Below, piece after piece: positions 49,404 to 57,302 of a DNA stretch of 64,000 nt (the stretch's first letter is position 1; each line of letters opens with the position of its first letter). The stretch lies in the IMG/VR virus record IMGVR_UViG_3300017963_000032, positions 1 to 64,000 of that record. One strand, written 5' to 3'. Below the pieces are notes generated by a model. That model did not search any database. It saw only the letters and a program-made list of their open reading frames with translations, and had not been told where the DNA came from. This stretch comes from a virus. Lineage: Duplodnaviria > Caudoviricetes. Both the position numbers and the translations under genes were made by a program.

Positions 49404-50296
49404 ATACTTGGAAGACCTTCAATAAGTATGTTGATTTCCACAAGAAAGGATTGGACTTGGGCTTAGAGCCTTACACTATTGGAGAGCCTGAAGAGACATT
49501 CATAGAGAAATTAGATAACACCTTCGCACACGGCAAAGTCTTTGATATAAATGAAGATGTTAAGGATTTGCTTTTGAGAACTAAAGGGACAAAGGAGATT
49601 GACAAAGTACCTTTTGAGAGTATCTTTATTGATACAGACTTTGATGTTTCAGAGTTCAAGGAGAAGCAAGACAATGATGACATAACAAGCGTTGCAGGAT
49701 TGCTCGTATCTGTGGCCAACAAGGTAGAGATAATAGAGAACAAAGAATATGTGAAGAACTCAACTCTAGACTTGAAGACATTAAGGGGTGCTGAAGGATT
49801 CAAGATATACTGGCTCGGGCTAGACAAAGGAAAGATAGGTTATTGCTTTCACACAATCAACATAGTCAACAAGAACAATCTAGACATGGAGTTTGAGATT
49901 AGCAGCAAGACACCTAAGATAAGAAAGTTCCTTATTAATTTTGTCAGCAACTTCTTGAACTTACTTAACAATCCTCAACCAGACATAGTAATCACAGAAA
50001 GAAAAGCCAACGAAGCAAAGAACAAAAGATTGATTAGACATGGACAGATTCCAATGCCAACTAAAAGTGTTGTGCTCATGATTGGAAAATTAAAGATATA
50101 CCTTGACCAGCTCCGAAGTAATGGGTACATGTCTTACTCTCATAAGTTCTGGGTCAGAGGCCATTGGAGAACTCTTAGAGATGAGGACCGATGGGGAGAA
50201 AAGGTAGGAACAAAATTATGGATTCACCCGTTTGTGAAGGGAAGCGGAATCCTAATTGACAAGAAATACAATGTTACCAAGGAGGCGGAAGCATGA
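49400..50296 (+). CDS. Viral protein with C-terminal VRGHWR motif
   Basis: HKFWVRGHWR motif seen in many phage proteins of unknown function. Confidence 0.6.
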   Translation: MNTWKTFNKYVDFHKKGLDLGLEPYTIGEPEETFIEKLDNTFAHGKVFDINEDVKDLLLRTKGTKEIDKVPFESIFIDTDFDVSEFKEKQDNDDITSVAGLLVSVANKVEIIENKEYVKNSTLDLKTLRGAEGFKIYWLGLDKGKIGYCFHTINIVNKNNLDMEFEISSKTPKIRKFLINFVSNFLNLLNNPQPDIVITERKANEAKNKRLIRHGQIPMPTKSVVLMIGKLKIYLDQLRSNGYMSYSHKFWVRGHWRTLRDEDRWGEKVGTKLWIHPFVKGSGILIDKKYNVTKEAEA

Positions 50297-50559
50297 ATGG
50301 AAAAGAATTATGGATGAGGATATTCAACACAGACTTTGAGGAAGCAGTCTTATCTCATCTAAACTTAGAAAAGAACTTTGAAGATGAAGGAACTGACGAA
50401 GAGAACAAAGAGATTGTAGAGGCTCTTGAAGGAAAAACCTTGCAAGACATGATAGATTATAGGTGTCAATATTTTGGATATGGAATTGATTCAACAGATA
50501 TAAGAGACATGATTGAGCAACTCCAGATAGAAGACATAAAGGAAATAAAAGGGTGGTAA
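50293..50559 (+). CDS. Hypothetical protein
   Basis: GGAGGCGG RBS. Confidence 0.55.
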   Translation: MNGKELWMRIFNTDFEEAVLSHLNLEKNFEDEGTDEENKEIVEALEGKTLQDMIDYRCQYFGYGIDSTDIRDMIEQLQIEDIKEIKGW

Positions 50560-50560
50560 T

Positions 50561-51445
50561 ATGGCAAAAGAAAAATTCAGAGAGAAACTACATCTCTCAC
50601 CAAAGAACAAGAAACAACTTGAAGTTATCAATGAAATTATAGATGAGTACGCAGCAGAAGGTTACAAGCTAACATTAAGGCAGCTTTATTACCAGTTAGT
50701 GTCCAGAGACATAATCCCTAACAAACAATCAGAGTATGCAAAACTTAGCAACTTACTTGTTAAAGGAAGGATGGCTGGTGTTGTTGACTGGGAAGCTATC
50801 GAAGACAGAATCAGAGTACCATTTATTCCTTACTGGGTACATGGAGTTAAGGATGCAATAGATGACACAATCAGTCAGTACAGATTAGACAGGCAAGACG
50901 AACAAGAAGTTTACATAGAACTCTGGGTAGAGAAGGACGCATTGTCAGGAGTGCTGAAGAGAATCACATCACACTATCATATCAATTTGATGGTTAACAG
51001 AGGGTACAGTTCTTGCACTGCAATGCATGATGCATACAAAAGATTCAGAACACAAGCTATAGCCAATGAGAAGAAGATTGTAATACTGTATCTTGGAGAC
51101 CACGACCCAAGCGGTCTGGATATGATTAGAGATATAAGGGACAGGTTATTTGAGTTCGGAGTTGATGTAACAGTCAAACCAATAGGACTTACTATGGCTC
51201 AGATTAAGCAATACAATCCACCACCAAACCCTGCAAAGATTACAGACCCAAGGGCAAAGGATTATATCGAAGAGCACGGAAACACTTCATGGGAAGTTGA
51301 CGCTCTGAATCCTAAAGTCTTGCACCAGTTAGTAAGAACAAATGTCGAAGGCATGATTGACATGGGCTTGTTCGAAGAGATGCTAGAGAAAGAGAAAGAG
51401 CACAAGAAAGAACTGGAGAGACTGCGTGAGGAAAGCAAAAAATGA
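50561..51445 (+). CDS. Topo VI-A/Spo11-like TOPRIM protein
   Basis: TLRQLYYQL; WVEKDAL; RGYSS; YLGDHDPSG; WEVDAL. Confidence 0.8.
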   Translation: MAKEKFREKLHLSPKNKKQLEVINEIIDEYAAEGYKLTLRQLYYQLVSRDIIPNKQSEYAKLSNLLVKGRMAGVVDWEAIEDRIRVPFIPYWVHGVKDAIDDTISQYRLDRQDEQEVYIELWVEKDALSGVLKRITSHYHINLMVNRGYSSCTAMHDAYKRFRTQAIANEKKIVILYLGDHDPSGLDMIRDIRDRLFEFGVDVTVKPIGLTMAQIKQYNPPPNPAKITDPRAKDYIEEHGNTSWEVDALNPKVLHQLVRTNVEGMIDMGLFEEMLEKEKEHKKELERLREESKK

Positions 51446-52227
51446 AGGAGAAGATTAAAGGACTCTGCAAGCAGATAGAGAAAGAAAAAGGAATCAAGAT
51501 ACTATTTGCTGTAGAGAACGGAAGCAGAGCTTGGGGCATGGAGAGTGAAGACTCAGACTATGACATCAGGTTCGTCTATCACAGGGAAGTCAAGGACTAT
51601 CTTTGCCTGAACCCAAGTGATGAAGTAATCAAAGCAAGCTTCGATAAGGAAGGAAACAAAGCTCCAGCTGAAGGATGTTTCTTTGATATTGTAGGATTCG
51701 ATTTGTTCAAGTTCGCAAGGATGTTGAGCAGCTCTAACCCTCAAGTCATTGAATGGCTTTGCACGGACATTGTTTACTTAGGAAAGCAGAACAAAGTGTT
51801 CCAAGAGTATGCAGAGAAGTGCTTCAAGCAAATCAGTTTGTACTATCATTACAAGAGCATGTGCAAGCAGAACTATTTGAAGTATTTAAAGTCAGGCAAT
51901 CTAGTTACATACAAGAAGTATCTATATGCAATGCGAGGATTAATCAACGCAAGGTATGTAGCTAACTTCAAAGTATTGCCGCCTATAAACTTCATTCAAA
52001 CATTGGAGACTCTTGATAAATTACTTCCTTTGTATGTTGTTGAAAGGTTGAAACAGATTGTTGAGCTCAAGAAAGAAGGAAAAGAAAAGGACATCATAGA
52101 GAACGAGACCAAGATAGATAATTACATTGAGGAGTTCTTGAAGGATGACAGCGAAGCTCCAAAAGAGAAGAAGCTTTCAACACAGACAGAGCTCAATCAA
52201 GAAGTACAAAAAATATTGGGGGTGTAA
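51442..52227 (+). CDS. RlaP/YcgL-like Pol-beta superfamily nucleotidyltransferase
   Basis: AVENGSRAWG.ESEDSDYDIRFVY; YYHY..M; KKYLYAMR. Confidence 0.85.
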   Translation: MKEKIKGLCKQIEKEKGIKILFAVENGSRAWGMESEDSDYDIRFVYHREVKDYLCLNPSDEVIKASFDKEGNKAPAEGCFFDIVGFDLFKFARMLSSSNPQVIEWLCTDIVYLGKQNKVFQEYAEKCFKQISLYYHYKSMCKQNYLKYLKSGNLVTYKKYLYAMRGLINARYVANFKVLPPINFIQTLETLDKLLPLYVVERLKQIVELKKEGKEKDIIENETKIDNYIEEFLKDDSEAPKEKKLSTQTELNQEVQKILGV

Positions 52228-52229
52228 GG

Positions 52230-52601
52230 ATGGTTGAAATATTGTTTAAACAATTCGTGATAGTGCCTAAGAGACCTAAGATGTCTCCCGGTAAGATTGC
52301 AAGCCAAGTAGCTCATGCAACATTCATGGCACTTGAGAATCAGAAGGAACTCAATAAGCATCAAACAGATATTATAGACACTTGGAAACATAACGGGATG
52401 TGTGTCATAGTATTGCAATGCAAGAGCTCATCACAGTTGATGGGGATTGCTAAGTACTTGGACCAATGGAAGATTCCAAACCATCTTTACATTGATGAAG
52501 GGATGACAGAGGTTGAGATGGGAACTCCTACAGCTCTTGCAACAGGCGTACTTCCTTTAGATAAACATTGGATGCTTGGTCAGTTGGAGTTGTTAAAATG
52601 A
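52230..52601 (+). CDS. pth2: Peptidyl-tRNA hydrolase, archaeal/eukaryotic Pth2 type
   Basis: KMSPGKIASQVAHA; DEGMTEV..GTPTA. Confidence 0.88.
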   Translation: MVEILFKQFVIVPKRPKMSPGKIASQVAHATFMALENQKELNKHQTDIIDTWKHNGMCVIVLQCKSSSQLMGIAKYLDQWKIPNHLYIDEGMTEVEMGTPTALATGVLPLDKHWMLGQLELLK

Positions 52602-52867
52602 TACTGGCAATAGACCCTGATGGGATAATCAGATTAATGTCGGACTGGAGTTTAAGATACAATATAGGGTCTGACTGGACTATCATTAAACGATTTGAGA
52701 TGCCAAAGATGGGCAGGAAAACTCACACTACAAAGCTTGATGAGTACATCCAAGTCCAAAGAGAAACCAAAGAGAAACTAGAGAAAGAGATTAAAGAGCG
52801 AGAGAAGAACATAAAGTTACTCGAAGCATTGAAACAGGAGGCAGAAAAACATGCAAAGAAAAAGTAG
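52598..52867 (+). CDS. Hypothetical coiled-coil protein
   Basis: Coupled ORF. Confidence 0.5.
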   Translation: MILAIDPDGIIRLMSDWSLRYNIGSDWTIIKRFEMPKMGRKTHTTKLDEYIQVQRETKEKLEKEIKEREKNIKLLEALKQEAEKHAKKK

Positions 52868-52984
52868 AATATTCACAAACGCTGAGTTAGAAGTGATAGC
52901 TCAGAAAGAGGCAGGCAAGTACAAAGACACAAATGGCTTGTTTGCAGGTAGGATAAAACCTAAAGTCAAGGAGTTGCTCAAAGA

Positions 52985-53374
52985 ATGGGTACCAAAAAAG
53001 AAAAAGCTGGAAAAGTTAATCAAGTAATCTGGATGGCTCCCCTTGTTATTTTATCTTTATTCGGAGTGATTTTCCTAGGATTATTGATTCATGAAGCAAC
53101 ACACGTAGCTCAGAGCAAGGAGCCTATAAGTATATGTTATGATTTTCAACAAGCTACAATGGCTCATGTTTGGCATGATACTACAGCTTGGGCTTTAGAA
53201 AATAATCATACAAGAGCTGCAACTCTGGCCGAGTTTCATGACTGGCAGATATACACAGAGAAGTGGGCGTATAATATTCAAGGATTTTTATTGGCTATAT
53301 TGCCATTCTTACTAGGAATAAGCACGACAATGTGCTGGAGGAAATACAATGAGCGGAAAAGAAAAGAAGATTGA
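52985..53374 (+). CDS. Membrane protein with HExxH (M50-like peptidase?)
   Basis: LLIHEATHV inside hydrophobic helix; start uncertain. Confidence 0.5.
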   Translation: MGTKKEKAGKVNQVIWMAPLVILSLFGVIFLGLLIHEATHVAQSKEPISICYDFQQATMAHVWHDTTAWALENNHTRAATLAEFHDWQIYTEKWAYNIQGFLLAILPFLLGISTTMCWRKYNERKRKED

Positions 53375-53514
53375 GAAGGTCACAGTCAGGGAATTGATTC
53401 ATATGCTACTTGATTACCCTAATGACTGGGAAGTTATTATAAGGAGCAAAGGAGGCAACAGGTTATCCGGGGCCACAATCAATGTAAAAGAGCCAGAAGG
53501 ATTAGCTTGTTTGT

Positions 53515-53700
53515 TTGGATAAAATGAGAGCGAGATTCCATAAGCAAAGTTGGAGGAGTCCAGCATACAAGTATGAATTGTTTAAGATATTATTCCATAG
53601 ACATTCTTACATCAGTCCAGATAAGATAGCTTATTCATTCGAGCTTGTGATATTTGGATATGAATTGCACTTAGAGATACTCAGACCAAAACCAAAATAA
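53515..53700 (+). CDS. Hypothetical protein
   Basis: Short ORF. Confidence 0.4.
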   Translation: MDKMRARFHKQSWRSPAYKYELFKILFHRHSYISPDKIAYSFELVIFGYELHLEILRPKPK

Positions 53701-53895
53701 CCAAAACATTTAAATATATGTAAGAGTTTCTCGCAAATTATGAGTACCGTAATTTGGAAAAGGGATAGAGAACAGGGCATCGGGATAGTCGATGTGCCGT
53801 TTCAATATCATCAGTGATTCCAGAGCTGCGGTCAAGACCTTCTAAAATTTTATTCAACCCCTCGAATCGTTTTGTATCGCAGTTCTAATTTATAT

Positions 53896-53967
53896 GCCCC
53901 TATGGTGTAGCAGCAATCACACTCGATTTTCGGTCGAGTAACTTGGGTGCGAGTCCCAATGGGGGTG
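53896..53967 (+). tRNA. tRNA-Glu(TTC)
   Basis: CTCGA-TTTTCGG-TCGAG; atypical D loop and TGCGAGT T loop. Confidence 0.8.
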
Positions 53968-53971
53968 TTTC

Positions 53972-54045
53972 GGGCATGTGGTCTAATCTGGTAGGTCACT
54001 TGGCTTACATCCAAGAAGGTGCAGGTTCAAATCCTGTCATGCCCA
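53972..54045 (+). tRNA. tRNA-Val(TAC)
   Basis: Cloverleaf; A73. Confidence 0.92.
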
Positions 54046-54150
54046 TCCAGCGCTGAGCGGAGAAGCAGGTTCGAGTCCTGTCAGCTTCAGATGAGTGCGC
54101 ACATAAAATATCTGAAGATGTGGTGTATTGGGAGAGCATACCGCTTTATT
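54046..54150 (+). ncRNA. Circularly permuted tRNA-like element (3' half precedes 5' half)
   Basis: AGCGG-AGAA-T arm-CAGCTTC-A ... GAAGATG-TG-D arm-A-CCGCT; halves pair as acceptor (6/7) and anticodon (5/5) stems. Confidence 0.7.
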
Positions 54151-54222
54151 GGGGTATTGGTGTAATGTGTAGCATCCGTGCCTTGGACGCACGAGACAGA
54201 GGTTCGATTCCTCTATGCCCCA
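54151..54222 (+). tRNA. tRNA-Pro(TGG)
   Basis: Cloverleaf. Confidence 0.9.
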
Positions 54223-54227
54223 TAAAT

Positions 54228-54298
54228 GCCTGTGTGATGTAATGGCAACATACATGCCTGTCCAGCATGAACCTCGGGTTCGATTCCCGACACGGGCG
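54228..54298 (+). tRNA. tRNA-Asp(GTC)
   Basis: Cloverleaf; G73. Confidence 0.92.
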
Positions 54299-54301
54299 TA
54301 C

Positions 54302-54412
54302 GGTGCTGTGGCGCAACTGGTGAGCGCATCCGGCTGATAAGGAGCGTGCAGAGCTTATATGCACAGTTGCGAAGAGTCTGGAAGGCTAAGGGTTCAAGTC
54401 CCTTCAGCACCA
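54302..54412 (+). tRNA. tRNA-Ile(GAT) with about 37-nt intron (54340-54376)
   Basis: TCCGG/CTGGA stem; BHB central helix imperfect. Confidence 0.8.
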
Positions 54413-54417
54413 TTCAT

Positions 54418-54525
54418 AGGCGTGTAGTCTAACGGACAGGACTCTTGGCTTCTATGCAGTGCATGGCTAGGAAGAAGTCATGTCGAAGAGACCAAGGAAT
54501 CTGGGTTCAAATCCCGGCACGCCTA
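54418..54525 (+). tRNA. tRNA-Arg(TCT) with 36-nt intron (54455-54490)
   Basis: BHB helix CTTC/GAAG perfect. Confidence 0.9.
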
Positions 54526-54529
54526 TTAC

Positions 54530-54612
54530 GAGCAGGTCGCATAATCTGGTATTGCACTGGACTTTTAATCCAGAGCCATTAGGCATCGAGGGTTCAAATC
54601 CCTTCCTGCTCA
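54530..54612 (+). tRNA. tRNA-Lys(TTT) with long variable arm
   Basis: CTGGA-CTTTTAA-TCCAG; variable stem GCC-ATTA-GGC. Confidence 0.85.
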
Positions 54613-54616
54613 TCAC

Positions 54617-54691
54617 AGCCCCGTAGTGTAGATAGGACAATCATCTTAGACTTTGAATCTAGGGACGGCGGTTCGAATCCGCCCGGGGCTA
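54617..54691 (+). tRNA. tRNA-Gln(TTG)
   Basis: A1:U72 archaeal Gln signature. Confidence 0.92.
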
Positions 54692-54695
54692 TCAT

Positions 54696-54776
54696 GGTGC
54701 AGTTGGTGTAAGGGTTATCATAGCACGGAAGACTGTGACTCTTCAGGACCGGGTTCGAGTCCCGGATTGCACCCCA
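54696..54776 (+). tRNA. tRNA-His(GTG) with encoded G-1, C73 and CCA
   Basis: GAAGA-CTGTGAC-TCTTC; long D loop. Confidence 0.88.
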
Positions 54777-54777
54777 T

Positions 54778-54849
54778 GGGATTATAGCTTAACCGGGAGA
54801 GCACCTCGCTGAAGACGAGAAGGTCCGAGTTCAAATCTCGGTAATCCCA
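54778..54849 (+). tRNA. tRNA-Phe(GAA)
   Basis: Cloverleaf. Confidence 0.92.
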
Positions 54850-54915
54850 TTAAAAGAAGAGAAGAAGAAAAGGGTTCCCCCCGGACCCCCCTCCCAAAAG
54901 AAGAAGAGAAGAAAA

Positions 54916-55413
54916 ATGGACTACGCAATTTTCAGAAAGACCCTGTCAAAGGAGGAGTTCTTTGGCAAGTGGACTAGGGATGATTTTGCTAGCGCAAGCG
55001 ATGCAGACAAAGAGAAGGGATATAATGATTATGTTGTGAAGAGCATTGTATTTCAGAGGGATGGTTTTAAATGTCAGAATGTGAACTGCGAGCATCCACA
55101 CAGTGGATTAACTCTTCACCATATAAAACATCAAAGGAACGGGGGAAAGACAACAGTAAGGAACTGTATAACAATTTGTTTAAGATGTCATGAGTTGTTT
55201 AACAAGAAGGCCATAGGCCTAACGTTCGCTGACAGACCAGAGCTGCCAGCTCACGTAAGGAACAGGACTTTTAAGATTAACAAGGACAACAGTATTAATT
55301 GGAAACAAGTTAGAGCGGAAGGAAAGAAGATAAGAAAACAGAACAAAGAGCATCATGGTTATAGGATTAGCTGGGAGATGATGCTTAAACTAATCAGATT
55401 TTTGAAACTTTAA
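54916..55413 (+). CDS. HNH endonuclease inside tRNA cluster
   Basis: RDGFKCQ...LTLHHI...GG...NCITICLRCH. Confidence 0.88.
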   Translation: MDYAIFRKTLSKEEFFGKWTRDDFASASDADKEKGYNDYVVKSIVFQRDGFKCQNVNCEHPHSGLTLHHIKHQRNGGKTTVRNCITICLRCHELFNKKAIGLTFADRPELPAHVRNRTFKINKDNSINWKQVRAEGKKIRKQNKEHHGYRISWEMMLKLIRFLKL

Positions 55414-55414
55414 T

Positions 55415-55487
55415 GCGTCCATATCCTAATCTGGCAGGGAACTCGGCTTCCACCCGAGGTATGCGGGTTCAAATCCCGCTGGGCGCA
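55415..55487 (+). tRNA. tRNA-Gly(TCC)
   Basis: Cloverleaf; A73. Confidence 0.92.
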
Positions 55488-55491
55488 TCAA

Positions 55492-55562
55492 CTCCTCTTG
55501 GTGTAAGGGCTGCATAACTGGCTGTAACCCAGCAGGACTGAGTTCGACTCTCAGAGAGGAGA
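55492..55562 (+). tRNA. tRNA-Tyr(GTA), archaeal type
   Basis: C1:G72, short variable loop. Confidence 0.9.
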
Positions 55563-55610
55563 TACATTTAAATATGAGTGTACATTACTTGGTCTACACT
55601 CAATATTAAA

Positions 55611-55742
55611 GGGAGCGTAGTGTAACGGCACCACGTTGGACTCCAGATTCTAGGGTAGAGTTTAACACCCTCCGCCCAAAGAATACCCCTCGGATAACAA
55701 AGGAGAAACCCAAAGATGCTGGTTCGAATCCGGCCGTTCCCA
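55611..55742 (+). tRNA. tRNA-Trp(CCA) with 61-nt intron (55647-55707)
   Basis: BHB helix CTCC/GGAG with 3-nt bulges. Confidence 0.9.
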
Positions 55743-55877
55743 TTCTTGAATATCAATTAAATTACAATCAAAACTCACATGATATTAGGGTTAACTAACG
55801 TAACAACGAAAGATTTAAATATAACCAACACTTATTAAACTAAGGAAAGGTCAATTAGTAGTCGGCTGAACCCGCAA

Positions 55878-56396
55878 ATGCTAACCCGACCGTACACCAA
55901 AGATTCCCTAAAAGAAAGGAGGTACCTCCAAATGAGGCGGTTCGAGGCGGTTTTATTAAAGACAGACAAAGCTAACGCAGCAAACATCAAGTTCATGAGG
56001 CGAAGCCTAAAAGGCAAGCTTGACGATGTTCTATGGATTCATCATGGCAGAGGCTCTGTTGAAAACCCAGCTAAAATCATTGGTGAAGCTAAAGCCAGAC
56101 TCGAAGGAAACAATCTTATTCTTGCAGGAAAACTCAACAGCACTGAGATAACTAACAGGTTAGAAGAGCTAGACAAGATAACCTGTTTGCTTGACATTAA
56201 CAAATCAATCAAAAGAGGAAAGGTTGAGATGGTAATTGACGCAGACTTCAAGGCTTTAATCATTGATGAAGAAAGCTTTGGAAACAAGAAGCGCCACCAA
56301 AAACTAGGGATTGGCATAACTAACATTGAAGATGTCGAAGGCCCAGAGATTGAATACAACAAAGATAAGGGGGAAAAAACTCATGACACAGAATAA
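55878..56396 (+). CDS. Hypothetical protein
   Basis: 172 aa ORF after a TATA promoter; start uncertain. Confidence 0.5.
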   Translation: MLTRPYTKDSLKERRYLQMRRFEAVLLKTDKANAANIKFMRRSLKGKLDDVLWIHHGRGSVENPAKIIGEAKARLEGNNLILAGKLNSTEITNRLEELDKITCLLDINKSIKRGKVEMVIDADFKALIIDEESFGNKKRHQKLGIGITNIEDVEGPEIEYNKDKGEKTHDTE

Positions 56397-56712
56397 TGTT
56401 ATTGGAGTAGATATAGCAAATGGAGAAGAGACAACTGTTTATGGACATTTAGAAGGTGACAAGTTAATAATCGACAAGATAGAAAGAAGACCAGTTGAAG
56501 AGAAAAAGACATTGAGTGATAATTTTGTTTTAATTCCTGCTGCTATGGTTGGGATAAGGCATCCCGGAGAAGAAGCAGTTTACAGAGAATATGACGTAAA
56601 GCATTACTTGAAAAAGTTCATTGAATTTACAGAAGAGATGACTCTTGGTGGATGGAACAAGACTGTTAGAGACAAAGCAAAAAGTATATTCGGGGAGAGA
56701 GTGATAGAATGA
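56383..56712 (+). CDS. Hypothetical protein
   Basis: Coupled ORF. Confidence 0.5.
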   Translation: MTQNNVIGVDIANGEETTVYGHLEGDKLIIDKIERRPVEEKKTLSDNFVLIPAAMVGIRHPGEEAVYREYDVKHYLKKFIEFTEEMTLGGWNKTVRDKAKSIFGERVIE

Positions 56713-56993
56713 AAATAAACAAGTGGTTAACAATCAATAGAAACGGAGCTTGCAGGATAACAGCTAGCAAGCCCCGAATGGAGTGGGACGAGATAAGCGT
56801 ACTGCTTAATATCAATTTGCCTGATGCATTATTCGAGCGACCAAGACTTGAAGCAAGCATTGACATCCCAGAGGAAGCAGTCAAGGCAGATATAATAAGC
56901 GCCGAAGTCTTAGACAATGTAAAAGATGTAGTCAAGAAAGCAACAGACTTAGAGCTGAACATAAACGTAATCAAGGAGGATGAAGATGAGTGA
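56709..56993 (+). CDS. Hypothetical protein
   Basis: Coupled ORF. Confidence 0.55.
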   Translation: MKINKWLTINRNGACRITASKPRMEWDEISVLLNINLPDALFERPRLEASIDIPEEAVKADIISAEVLDNVKDVVKKATDLELNINVIKEDEDE

Positions 56994-57300
56994 GATAATA
57001 ATATCAGGACAAAGGCAGGCAGGAAAAACAGAAGTATTAGTCACATTAATTCTGGCAAATATTGGGGAAGAGATGCTAGTTATAACTCCAACTACACAAC
57101 ACCATGCAATAATAAGAAGCAGAATTTTGAGAAGATACCCTCAATTATCAGTTCTTGAATATAATAAAATAAAATTCGCAACAGAGAAGAATTTGCAAAC
57201 TGTAACTGTGGGTAGAGCATTCGATAAAGTTTTTATGGATGAAATAACCGAATACATTCCAGTAAAAGCCTCAATGATTTATAAAACGAGGTCAACTTAA
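56986..57300 (+). CDS. Miniature P-loop protein (terminase ATPase-like fragment)
   Basis: SGQRQAGKT and VFMDE. Confidence 0.55.
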   Translation: MSEIIISGQRQAGKTEVLVTLILANIGEEMLVITPTTQHHAIIRSRILRRYPQLSVLEYNKIKFATEKNLQTVTVGRAFDKVFMDEITEYIPVKASMIYKTRST

Positions 57301-57302
57301 AT

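Noticed and set aside
55647-55707. C/D box guide RNA inside the tRNA-Trp intron, as in some Euryarchaeota
   Set aside because: No RUGAUGA or CUGA boxes in the 61-nt intron
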